A DNA stretch of 64,000 bases from an uncultured Actinomycetes bacterium. GTDB lineage: Bacteria; Actinomycetota; Actinomycetes; Mycobacteriales; Jatrophihabitantaceae. The stretch lies in assembly GCA_963730855.1 (NCBI GenBank), contig CAVSTK010000010.1, positions 53,011-117,010 of the forward strand, read 5' to 3'. Below, in pieces: positions 28,551 to 37,303 of this stretch; the first letter of the stretch is position 1, and each line of letters begins with the position of its first letter. Under the pieces are notes generated by a model. The model had not been told where the DNA came from, ran no database searches, and saw only the letters and a program-made list of their open reading frames with translations. The position numbers and the translations under genes were made by a program.

Positions 28551-28904
28551 ATCGCGTCGGACGACATCACGGACCGCATCTTCGGGGCCCTGTCCGACGC
28601 GACCCGGCGCGACATCCTGACTCGCTCGATGGGGAGCGGCCAGTCGGTGTCGACGCTGGCCCGGGGCTATGAAATGAGCTTCGCGGCAGTGCAGAAACAC
28701 GTGGCCGTCCTCGAGCGGGCCGACCTCGTCACCAAACAGAGGTCCGGCCGGGAACAGATCGTGCGCGCCAATGCGACGACCCTGCGACAGGCCGCCGAGT
28801 TGCTCCAGGCCTACGAACAGCTGTGGATCCAACGCGTCGACCAGATCGCCGAGATTCTGGCCACGGAGAACGCAGACGCCGAACGCCAAGAAGGGGAGTC
28901 CAGC
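28539..28904 (+). CDS. ArsR/SmtB-family transcriptional regulator; no stop codon before the next gene, which is in the same frame
   Basis: ITDRIFGALSDATRRDILTRSMGSGQSVSTLARGYEMSFAAVQKHVAVLERADLVTKQRSGREQIV. Confidence 0.85.
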
Positions 28905-29411
28905 ATGACCGTCATCAGTTCCACCAAGGACGAGAGCGCAATGACGCTCACCGTGGTGGCCGAGTTCAAGGCATCGCCCGGAGCAGGTCTGGGACGTGTT
29001 GGCCGATCCGCGCAAGCTCGAGCGCTGGTGGGGTCCGCCTACCTATCCGGCCACGTTCACCCGGCACGAGTTCGCGGCCGGCGGTGAATCCCGCTACTTC
29101 ATGACCGGTCCGAGCGGGCGACACACCGCACGGCTGGTGGCGCATCAAAGCGGTCGAGCAACCCGTCCGGCTCGAGTTCCTCAACGGCCTGGCGGGCGAG
29201 GACGGTGAGCCGATGCCCGGGATCGAGCCCAGCCGGCGGCATTGTCACCTTCGAGGCCATCGAGGCCGGGACAAGGATGACCGCGCTGACCCAATTCGTG
29301 AGCGTCGAGCAGATGAAAATGATGCTGGGGATGGGGATGCAGGAGGGACTTGCGGCCGCGGTCGGCCAGATCGACGGCGTTCTGCAGGCGACGCCCAGTC
29401 CGACGCGCTAG
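28905..29411 (+). pseudogene. SRPBCC/AHSA1 (Aha1-like) domain protein, about 2-3 frame breaks
   Basis: RBS aaggggag, then MTVISSTKDESAMTLTVVAEFKASP / VLADPRKLERWWGPPTYPATFTRHEFAAGGESRYFMTGPSG / GIVTFEAIEAGTRMTALTQFVSVEQMKMMLGMGMQEGLAAAVGQID in successive frames. Confidence 0.8.
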
Positions 29412-29587
29412 TTTGGGGCGGCCGACGAGATGGGTATGACGCAGGGCGCGTAGCTGCGTTTGATCCGGCGCCGGCGCACCTACTCACGGGATGGCGCATG
29501 GCAACGGACGACGAGCACGGCAATGATGCTCGGCCGGTCCGGATCGCCGCGGGCCGACGGCCGCGTAAGCGGTATCAACTGCGCTGA

Positions 29588-30786
29588 ATGCGCCGAACCC
29601 GCCGGACCGGCCGTGTCGCCGACGTGCATACCGACATCCACATCGAGCTGCCGGTTGACGCCAACCCGGCTCACCCGGCCTATGACGGGTCACTGTTCGA
29701 CGTCATCGACGACGCCGACGGGATCGGCCAAGTTCGGCGAGCCCGGACCGCCGTTCGTCCGGTCGGCCGCCTTCTATCGCGGCTTCTGGGGCGGCGTCGG
29801 CCTGCTGCTGGCGTTGGGGGCCGCGCTGGCGGTCACGCGAGCTCGCGTCCGTCCTGCTGCTGGTGGTGGTCTCGGCGCTTCCTCGCGGTCGGGCTCAACC
29901 CGATCGTCGAGCTGCTGATCCGGACCGGCCTCAAGCGCGGACTGGCCGTCCTCGTCGTCGCGCTCGGGGCTCTCGCGATCGCGTCGCTGATCGTCTTCGT
30001 GCTGGTCAGCGTGATCAGCAACGAGGTCACGTCGTTCTTCAAGGACGGGCCGCACCTGTTGGACGGGCTGTTGAAGCACGCCTGGATCCGCAACCTCAAC
30101 GACAAATATCACTTCATCACCAAGCTGCAGGACCGGCTCAAGAACCCGGACCTCTCCTCGCAGGTGCTGCACAACGTCTTCAGCGAGGGCATCACCGCGG
30201 TCGAGGGACTGCTGAGCACGGTCGTCGTCATCGTCTTGACGCTGTACTTCCTGGCCGCGCTGCCGCAGCTCAAGCGCGGGCTCTACACGCTTGGCGCCGG
30301 CCTCGCGCCGGGTCCGCGTCGGCCAGCTGGGCGATGAGATCCTGCGCCGGACCGGCCGATTCGTCGTCGGCTCGTTCATCGTGGCGCTGCTGGCCGGCAC
30401 GGTGACCCTGATCCTGCTGCTCAGCGTGGGCCTGGGCCAATACGCGCTGCCGCTGGCGCTGTTCGTCGCGTTGCTCGACCTGGTGCCGCTGGTCGGCTCG
30501 GTCACCGGAGCATGCGGTGGTGACGCTGATCTGCTTCGCGTCATCGCTCGACGCGGGCCTGGCCGCGGCCGCCTTCTACCTGGTCTACGAACCGCTCGAG
30601 GGCTACGTGATCTATCCGCGGGTCATGCGGTCCTCGGTCGACGTGCCCGAGTACGTCACCGTGATCGCCGTCCTCGCCGGCGGGGCGCTCGGCGGCGTCG
30701 TCGGCGCCCTGCTGGCGCTGCCGATCGCCGCGGCGGTGCTGCTGCTCATCCGCGAGGTCTGGGTCCGACGCCAAGACGTCACGTGA
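29588..30786 (+). pseudogene. AI-2E family (PerM/UPF0118) transporter, at least 3 frame breaks; start uncertain
   Basis: Fragments: FYRGFWGGVGLLLALGAALAV / LLLVVVSAFLAVGLNPIVELLIRTGLKRGLAVLVV...VVVIVLTLYFLAALPQLKRGLYTL / FIVALLAGTVTLILLLSVGLGQYALPLALFVALLDLVPLVGS / FYLVYEPLEGYVIYPRVM...LLALPIAAAV. Confidence 0.8.
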
Positions 30787-31720
30787 TCGGCTCGACCGTG
30801 GGCGCCCGGCTGCCCCGGCTCTCGCATCACCACATCACCACTCACGTCGCGTTGGCCGCCGGGCTCGCACTTGCCTCGGCGCTCGCCTTCGCCGTCGCGA
30901 CGGTCGTGCAACAGCGCGCGGCGGCCCAGGTGTCGGACACGCACGCTCGCAGTAGCCGACTGATCGTCCAGTTGGCGCACGATCCGCGCTGGTGGGCCTC
31001 GACGCTGGGCAACGGATTCGGGTACGGACTGCAGGCCCTGGCCCTGGCCTTCGGATCGCTGCTGGTCGTCCAGCCGCTCTTGGTCACCTCGCTGCTCTTC
31101 GCGCTGCCCCTCGGCGCCCGATTGGCCCATCGGCGGCTGCCGAGATCGGCCTGGATCTGGGGTGCCGTGCTGGCGGCGTCGCTGGCGGTGTTCGTCGCCG
31201 CCGGCAATCCGAACAATGGCGCCAGCCATGCATCCGGGCGCCATTGGCTGCTGGTGGCCGCGGTCGGGGTGCCGGTCCTCGCTCGGGTGTCTGGTCGCCG
31301 CCAGCCGGACGTCCGGCTCGATCCGGGCGAGCCTGCTGGCGATCGTCGTTGGCATTCTGGGGGGCGTTCTGGCGGTGCTGACGAAGGAGTTCGTCGGTGC
31401 CCTCCGCCATGGCGGCATCGAACTGGCGCTCAGTACCTGGCCGCTGTACGCCTTGGTGGTGGTCGGCGCGGCGGGCATCTACGTGCAACAGCTCGCCTTC
31501 CAGGCCGGCGCGCTGCAGGCCTCGCTGCCGGTGATCACGGTGCTCGAGCCGTTGGTCGCCGCTGCCCTCGGGCTGACCCTGCTGCACGAGCAGTTGCGGG
31601 CGAGCGGTGGGCGGTTGGCGCTGCTGATTCGTCGCCGTGGTCGTGATGACGATCGCGACGATCACGCTGGCCCGCGGCCGGGCTCACGTCGAAGAGGCCG
31701 CTCTGACGACAGCAATTTGA
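30783..31720 (+). pseudogene. DMT-superfamily-like polytopic membrane protein, 2 frame breaks
   Basis: GTGA overlap with the upstream gene. ALAFAVATVVQQRAA...GYGLQALALAFGSLLVVQPLLVTSLLFALPL... / LLAIVVGILGGVLAVLTKEF...LYALVVVGAAGIYVQQLAFQAGALQASLPVITVLEPLVAAALGLTLLHE. Confidence 0.6.
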
Positions 31721-31737
31721 CATCAAATGACGTTGCA

Positions 31738-31758
31738 ATGACATCATAATGATGTCAT
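31738..31758. promoter_or_regulatory. Perfect 21-bp palindrome ATGACATCAT-A-ATGATGTCAT, with additional TGACATCA/TGACGTTG half-sites at 31718-31735; candidate RHH operator
   Basis: Read directly from the sequence. It lies 10 bp upstream of ATG 31768, in an AT-rich 48-bp gap. Confidence 0.6.
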
Positions 31759-31767
31759 GATGGAGTC

Positions 31768-32283
31768 ATGGAGCTTGATGGTTACGTCCGTGATGTCGCC
31801 CAGCAGCTGACGGCCGCGGCCGCCCTGGGTGACGACCGGGTGCGTGAGATCGCAGCCGCGCTGGCGACGGCCGCGGCCCCCGCCGTCCGGTTGGCCATTC
31901 TGGGCGCGCTCGCGGCTGCGGCCGACGAGATCACCGCGGCGCTGCTCGACAGTCCGGGCTCACCCGCGGTCGCGGTCCACCTGGATGCCGACGACATTCG
32001 TATCGCGGTCAGTGTGCCGGTCCCCGACTCGACCGAGCCGGTGCCGCCTCGCGCCGATGACGGCGACGCGTCGGCCCGCATTTCGTTGCGTCTGTCCGAG
32101 TCGCTCAAAACCGATATCGATGCTGCGGCGACCCGGGACGGTATCTCGGTCAACACCTGGTTGGTGCGGGTCGCCACGGCCGCGCTGAACGGCCCCGGAC
32201 CGGGAGCGCCGTTCGGTCGCCGCGGGTCCGGCTGGGACCGCGGCGCCAACGCACACCACGTCACCGGCTGGATCAACGGTTAA
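31768..32283 (+). CDS. Ribbon-helix-helix (HicB/Arc-like C-terminal domain) protein
   Basis: C-terminal ARISLRLSESLKTDIDAAATRDGISVNTWLVRVATAAL is RHH-like. The N-terminal half is Ala-rich. Confidence 0.7.
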   Translation: MELDGYVRDVAQQLTAAAALGDDRVREIAAALATAAAPAVRLAILGALAAAADEITAALLDSPGSPAVAVHLDADDIRIAVSVPVPDSTEPVPPRADDGDASARISLRLSESLKTDIDAAATRDGISVNTWLVRVATAALNGPGPGAPFGRRGSGWDRGANAHHVTGWING

Positions 32284-32297
32284 CAGGAGTTGATGAG

Positions 32298-33098
32298 ATG
32301 ACTACCCAAACCTTCGCGGTCGACCGGCAGCTGAAGCTCGTCGTACGCATCGGGCACGGATCGTTGCGGGTTACGGCGGTGGACGGGCTGAGCGAGGCGA
32401 CCGTCACGCTGAGCGTGCGCTCCGGCCCGTCCACCGTGATCGAACAGACCACGGTCGAACTGCGCGGTTCGACGTTGCAGATCGCGACGCCACGAACCGG
32501 CGGCATCTTCGACCTGATCGGTGGGCGCACTCAGGACGCGGTCGACATCGAAGTGACCGTGCCGAGCGGCACGCCGATCAGGATCGGGTCGTTCACCGCC
32601 GACATCTCGCTGCTCGGTCGTTGTGGCGGCGTGGATCTCGGGGCGGGAGTCACCGAGTTCACCGCCGAGCAGATCGACGGCGATCTGCGGCTGCGTTACG
32701 GCAGTGGCAACTCCTCCATCCAGCGGGTCACCGGCTCGGCCACCGTGAAGTCGGGTTCCGGGGTGGCGCATTTCGGCGAGGTCGGCGGCTCGCTCACCTC
32801 AGCCTGCGGCTCGGGCCGGCTCGTGGTCGACACCGCCCGCGGTCCGGTGCGCTTTCGGACCGGTTCGGGCGAGGCCGAGCTGGGCGCGATCTTTGGCAAC
32901 GTCGATCTGGCCAGTGGCTCGGGAGCTCTGAGCATCGGCGTCCCCGCCGGGGTGGTGGCCCGGCTCGACCTGACCAGCGGCTCCGGTCACATCGATCCAC
33001 AGCTGCCGGTGTCGGCCAAACCGGACCGTGAGCGCGGATCGATCACCATCAGGGCCAAGACCGGCAGCGGCGACGTGCGGCTCTTTCGCGCGGCCTGA
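32298..33098 (+). CDS. DUF4097 beta-strand-repeat protein
   Basis: Repeated G-SG-(x)-h-x-h units (GSGNSSIQRV, SGSGVAHFGEV, GSGRLVVDTA, GSGEAELGAI, GSGALSIGVP, GSGHIDPQLP, GSGDVRLF). Confidence 0.85.
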   Translation: MTTQTFAVDRQLKLVVRIGHGSLRVTAVDGLSEATVTLSVRSGPSTVIEQTTVELRGSTLQIATPRTGGIFDLIGGRTQDAVDIEVTVPSGTPIRIGSFTADISLLGRCGGVDLGAGVTEFTAEQIDGDLRLRYGSGNSSIQRVTGSATVKSGSGVAHFGEVGGSLTSACGSGRLVVDTARGPVRFRTGSGEAELGAIFGNVDLASGSGALSIGVPAGVVARLDLTSGSGHIDPQLPVSAKPDRERGSITIRAKTGSGDVRLFRAA

Positions 33099-33207
33099 GC
33101 ACTCTGCCAAGGAGGAGGATCGATGTTCCGCGATCTGATCCGAATCGGTCTGTGGCACGGCGTCGCCCCGTCCGGGCCGCCCGCGACGAGGACGACCGAT
33201 GCCGAAC

Positions 33208-34164
33208 TCAGTCCGCCGTTGGCGCCGACCGCCGAGCTCGACGCTTACCTTCGTGCATGGCCTGCACCCGAGCGATCGGAATCGTCCGGCCGTGTTCGAC
33301 CAGTCCGTCATTGAGTGACTGCGCGGCGGGTAACGCCTCGGCCCACGGGTCGCGTCCGTTGGTCAAATCAACGACATTGTGCAGCGTGAAGTCGCTTGGC
33401 CCGATGTCGTCGAGATCGTCCCAGCCGACCGGGAACGACACCGGCAGACCGGGACGCAGCCGCGGCCCGTACACCGCGGCCACCGTGGCGCCACCCGCGC
33501 GGGTCGAGTCGATGTAAACCTTGCCGGCCCGCTCGTCGCGTACGAACGCCGTGGTCGCCAGGGTGGGATCGAGTTGCTCGGCCCGAGCCGCCAGGGCGCG
33601 GGTCGCAGCGGCGGCCTGTTCGGCGGTCGACCCGGTGATCGGCACGACGATATGCAGTCCCTTCGCACCGCTCGTCTTCACCGCACCGGTCAGTCCGGTC
33701 GCGGCGAGCGCCTGACGGACCAGCCGGGCGGCGGCCACCGCGAGCGAGAACGGCGCGCCCTCGGGAGGGTCTATGTCGAGCACCAACTCGGTCGGATTCT
33801 GCGGCGCATCGATGCGGAAGAGGGCCGGGTGATACTCGACGGCCCGCTGGTTGGCCAACCACAGCAGGGTGCGCCGATCGTTGCCGAGTGGGTAGGAGAT
33901 CTCACGCTTGGAGGCCTCGGCCCACATCGTCGCGCGCGGCACCCAGTCCGGTGTGTATTTCGGCAGGTTCTTCTGCATGAAGGGCGGCTGGCCCGGTCGC
34001 ACCCGGATCACGGAGAGCGGTCGATCGTGCAGATGCGCGACCATGCGATCACTCATGGCGTCGAGATAATCGACCAGGTCGCGTTTGGTGGCTGGGTCCT
34101 GGTCGAACAGCGCCTGGTCGAGGTTGGTCAGCCGAACACCGTCGCGTTCGTCGTCGTTGGTCAT
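33208..34164 (-). CDS. Stand-alone NHEJ LigD polymerase/primase domain protein
   Basis: LTNLDQALF...TKRDLVDYLDAMSDRMVAHLHDRPLSVIRVRPG...FMQKNLPKYTPDWV...ELVLDIDPPEG...VKTSGAKGLHIVVPI...GKVYIDSTRAGGATVAAVYGPR. Confidence 0.9.
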   Translation of the reverse strand: MTNDDERDGVRLTNLDQALFDQDPATKRDLVDYLDAMSDRMVAHLHDRPLSVIRVRPGQPPFMQKNLPKYTPDWVPRATMWAEASKREISYPLGNDRRTLLWLANQRAVEYHPALFRIDAPQNPTELVLDIDPPEGAPFSLAVAAARLVRQALAATGLTGAVKTSGAKGLHIVVPITGSTAEQAAAATRALAARAEQLDPTLATTAFVRDERAGKVYIDSTRAGGATVAAVYGPRLRPGLPVSFPVGWDDLDDIGPSDFTLHNVVDLTNGRDPWAEALPAAQSLNDGLVEHGRTIPIARVQAMHEGKRRARRSAPTAD

Positions 34165-34178
34165 CTATCGGCCACCGA

Positions 34179-35198
34179 TCAGACCGAAGGTTTCCAGCCG
34201 AGCGCCGGACCGAGCCGGGTCGCCAGGTCGGTGAGGATCTGAACGTAGTCGTCATGCTCGAAGCTGAAGGGCAGCGCGACGGCCACCTCGTCGATCTCGC
34301 GGAAGGCTGCGTGGGCGTATAACTGCTGCGCCAGCTCACCGGAGGAACCGACGAAGTCCGGTGAGAAGACCATCCGGGCCGGTCCCTGCGGAGTGCGGGT
34401 ACGAGGTAGTCGAGCCTGCGCGTACTGCTGGTACTTCTCGCGCTGCCCGGGCGACGCCGTATCGGTTGGGATGATCACGAGCCCCTGTGACACCCGGGCC
34501 CTCGCGCCATCGGGGTGGTGCGCTCGGAACGCCCGGATGTGCGAAAGCTGCGTCTCGGCGAAGTCCTCGGAGGCCTCGGCCTTGACCACGCTGCTGGTCA
34601 GAAAGTTCATCGAGTGCTCGCCGGCCCACTGAGCCGACCGGACGCTGGCCCCGCCGTACCACATCCGGCTGCCGAGCCCGGGGGAGTGCGGCTCGACCCG
34701 CTCGGAGTAGGCCTCGATCCCTTCGGTGCCGCTGAACGAGCTGGCCGGCTCGCCGCGGATCAGGCTCAGCAGTCGGGCGACTCGCTCGTAGCTGAAGTCC
34801 TCGAGGTCGGCGGTGTCCGGGTAGAGCGACTGTTTGAGCTCGTCGAAGTGACGCGGCGGCCCGACGCTCAGCCCGGGATTGAGCCGGCCGCCGGACAGGA
34901 TGTCGACGGTGGCGAGATCCTCGGCCAGCCGCAGTGGGTTCTCCCAACCGAGGGGGATGACGGCGGTGCCGAGTTCGATCCGGCGGGTTCGTTGCGAAGC
35001 CGCGGCCAGCACGGCGACGGGTGATGAGATGCCATATTGCAGATGCCGGTGACGCACCCAGGCGCTGTCGAAGCCGAGCCGCTCGCCGAGTGAGATGACC
35101 TCGAGCGTCGACTCGTGGCCGGCCCGCGGGTCGGCCCGGTCGAACTGGCCGATCGTCAGGAAGCCGAGCTTGCGCAGCGGCGCCGAGGGCACAGGCAC
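34179..35198 (-). CDS. LLM-class flavin-dependent oxidoreductase
   Basis: 339 aa: GFLTIGQFD...LGERLGFDSAWVRHRHLQYGISSP...LGTAVIPLGWENPLRLAEDLATVDILSGGRLNPGL. Confidence 0.88.
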   Translation of the reverse strand: MPVPSAPLRKLGFLTIGQFDRADPRAGHESTLEVISLGERLGFDSAWVRHRHLQYGISSPVAVLAAASQRTRRIELGTAVIPLGWENPLRLAEDLATVDILSGGRLNPGLSVGPPRHFDELKQSLYPDTADLEDFSYERVARLLSLIRGEPASSFSGTEGIEAYSERVEPHSPGLGSRMWYGGASVRSAQWAGEHSMNFLTSSVVKAEASEDFAETQLSHIRAFRAHHPDGARARVSQGLVIIPTDTASPGQREKYQQYAQARLPRTRTPQGPARMVFSPDFVGSSGELAQQLYAHAAFREIDEVAVALPFSFEHDDYVQILTDLATRLGPALGWKPSV

Positions 35199-35250
35199 TG
35201 AGTTCTCCTTCGTCCGTACGCATTCTGCCGCTGGAAGCGCTGGCCCGTGC

Positions 35251-36246
35251 TCAGCTCGAGAGTGACCGCAGCACGGACCACAGATCGTCGGGCACCTCGA
35301 AGCCCGACTGCATCGTGGCGCGCCGGCGTTCGCGGGCCCGGTCGCCCGGAACCAGGATGGGCTGATCGCTGTCGGCCCGGGCGCTGTCGCGCACCAGACC
35401 TAGGTAGGCCCCGATGGTCGACGCCACATCGGTGCCCGGTTGGAAGACGATGAACACGTCGCCCTTCGTGGCCGGCCGCTCGGAGTCGAGCGTGCCGTGA
35501 ACGCCGGTGCCGAGCGCGCTGGCCGTCAGCCCGGCGACCAGCACTTCGAACGCCAGCCCGAGGCCATAACCCTTCGGGCCGCCGAACGGGCTGATCGATC
35601 CGGTGCGGGCGGCGACCGGGTCGGTCGTGGGTCGCCCCTCGGCGTCCGCAGCCCAGCCGGGTTCGAGCGGCCGGTGCCGGTTGGCGTGGTCGATCACCTT
35701 GCCCATCGAGACGGCCGAGGTGGCCATGTCGAGGACGAATGGCTCCGGGTCGGCCGGGACGCCGATCGCGATCGGGTTCGAACCGACCATCGCGGTGCGT
35801 CCGTTCCAGGGATGCACCAGCGCCTCGCTGGTGGTGAGCGCCAGTACGAGCTGACCGCCTTCGGCCACCCGCTCGGCGTAATAGGACAGCATCCCGAGGT
35901 GGTTGCTCGCGGTGATGGCGGCCACTGCGACCCCGGTCGTCCGCGCCCGCTCGGTGACGACATTGAGGGCCCGCATCGCGACTACCGGTCCGAGCCCCTG
36001 CTGGCCCTCGACGCTGAGCAATGCATCGCCGGTCCATCGGTGCGAGCCGGTCGCGAGTGGATCGCAGACGCCGTTGCGGATGCGCTCGATCAGCCGCGGC
36101 AACCGGAGCAGTCCGTGGGAGGGGTGTCCCCGCAGCTCGGCCTCGACCCAGACGTCGGCCTGCAGAGCAGCGGCGTCGGAGGGAACGGTGGCCGATCGCA
36201 GCGCGGCGGTCGCCACCGCGGTGGCCTCATCGGCGGTTACCAGCAT
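35251..36246 (-). CDS. Ldh_2-family (type-2 malate/L-lactate/ureidoglycolate dehydrogenase-like) oxidoreductase
   Basis: EAELRGHPSHGLLRLPRLIERIRNG...SNHLGMLSYYAE...GSNPIAIGVP...DMATSAVSMGKV...SPFGGPKGYGLGLAFEVL. Confidence 0.88.
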   Translation of the reverse strand: MLVTADEATAVATAALRSATVPSDAAALQADVWVEAELRGHPSHGLLRLPRLIERIRNGVCDPLATGSHRWTGDALLSVEGQQGLGPVVAMRALNVVTERARTTGVAVAAITASNHLGMLSYYAERVAEGGQLVLALTTSEALVHPWNGRTAMVGSNPIAIGVPADPEPFVLDMATSAVSMGKVIDHANRHRPLEPGWAADAEGRPTTDPVAARTGSISPFGGPKGYGLGLAFEVLVAGLTASALGTGVHGTLDSERPATKGDVFIVFQPGTDVASTIGAYLGLVRDSARADSDQPILVPGDRARERRRATMQSGFEVPDDLWSVLRSLSS

Positions 36247-36279
36247 CGTCGCGTCTATCTCCTGGTCAGAGCTGCGGGC

Positions 36280-37299
36280 TCAATGACCCAACGCCCGCAG
36301 GCGAGCGTCAAGTTTCGGGTAGACCCGGCGGACGTTGTCGGCGTAGATCGCTTCCCGGCCCTCGGGCGTCAGATCGAGGTGGTCGACGTAACGGCGGGTG
36401 TCATCGAAGTGGTGGCCGGTTTCGGGATCGATGCCCCGCACGGCGCCGACCATCTCGGACCCGAAAAGAATGTTCCGGTGGTCGATTACATCGAAGAGCA
36501 GGTTGATGCCCGGCTGGTGGTAGACGCACGTGTCGAACCAGACGTTGCCCATGACGTTCTCGGCCACGGACGGCTGGTTGAGCATGTCGGCCAGCCCCCG
36601 GAAGCGGCCCCAGTGGTAGGGCACCGCGCCGCCGCCGTGCGGGATGACGAAACGCAGGTCCGGGAAGTCCGTGAAGAGCGAACCCTGGACGAATTGCATG
36701 AACGCGGTCGTGTCGGCGTTGAGATAATGCGCACCGGTAGCGTGGAAGTTCGCGTTGTCGCTGGCCGATACGTGGACCATTGCCGGCACATCGAGTTCGA
36801 CCATCACCTCGTACAACGGGTACCAGGACCGGTCGGTCAGCGGTGCTCCGTTCCAATGCCCACCGCTCGGGTCCGGATTCACCAGGCAGCCGACGAATCC
36901 GAGTTCCTCGACGCAGCGCCGCAGTTCCGGGATCGACTGTTCGATCGGGACGCCCGGCGACTGCGGCAACGAGCCGACTCCGGCGAAAGTGTCCGGGTAG
37001 AGGTCGACCACCCGCTCGATGAGGTCATTGTTGATCCGCGTCCACTCGGCGCTGACTGCGTGATCGCCCTGGTGGTGCCCCATCGCTGACGCGCGCGGCG
37101 AGAAGAGCGTTAGGTCGATGCCGCGCTCGCGAGCCAGCCTGAGCTGGTTGCTTTCGAGTGACTCGCGCAGCGTGTCGTCGTCGAACTGCGGGGGCGGGGG
37201 CGGGTGGCTTCCGTCGGCCCAGGCGGCGAGCTGGAGTTGCCGCCAATCGGCCAGGGCCGCCGGCACCGTCGTGTAGTGGCCGTGGCAATCAATGATCAC
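36280..37299 (-). CDS. Amidohydrolase_2 family protein, LigJ (4-oxalomesaconate hydratase)-like
   Basis: MIIDCHGHYT..., LVNPDP, SWYPLYEVMVELDVPAMVH, FPDLRFVIPHGGGAVPYHWGRF, WFDTCVYH, LFGSEMVG...DPETG. This pattern matches LigJ as I recall it. Confidence 0.8.
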   Translation of the reverse strand: MIIDCHGHYTTVPAALADWRQLQLAAWADGSHPPPPPQFDDDTLRESLESNQLRLARERGIDLTLFSPRASAMGHHQGDHAVSAEWTRINNDLIERVVDLYPDTFAGVGSLPQSPGVPIEQSIPELRRCVEELGFVGCLVNPDPSGGHWNGAPLTDRSWYPLYEVMVELDVPAMVHVSASDNANFHATGAHYLNADTTAFMQFVQGSLFTDFPDLRFVIPHGGGAVPYHWGRFRGLADMLNQPSVAENVMGNVWFDTCVYHQPGINLLFDVIDHRNILFGSEMVGAVRGIDPETGHHFDDTRRYVDHLDLTPEGREAIYADNVRRVYPKLDARLRALGH

Positions 37300-37303
37300 G
37301 TCG

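Noticed and set aside
27774-29087. 437-aa ORF spanning the SDR 3' end, the CPBP gene (out of frame) and the ArsR gene.
   Set aside because: Only the part from ATG 28539 has a recognisable fold (ArsR HTH). The upstream part is Arg/Pro-rich shadow sequence overlapping the CPBP gene in another frame.
31768-33098. Toxin-antitoxin system, based on the HicB-like RHH domain.
   Set aside because: No HicA-like or other small toxin ORF is adjacent. The partner is a 266-aa DUF4097 beta-repeat protein, so the RHH similarity only supports DNA binding.
35440-37089. Very long ORFs antisense to, or out of frame with, recognised genes. Examples: 35440..37089 (+, 549 aa), 2812..4260 (-), 6787..8355 (-), 39723..41390 (-), 45042..46319 (-), 16355..17401 (-), 57347..58459 (+), 10767..11699 (-).
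   Set aside because: Their translations are Arg/Pro/Gly/His-rich low-complexity strings with no family resemblance. Each overlaps a gene with a clear family signature on the other strand or frame. These are the typical shadow ORFs of high-GC DNA.
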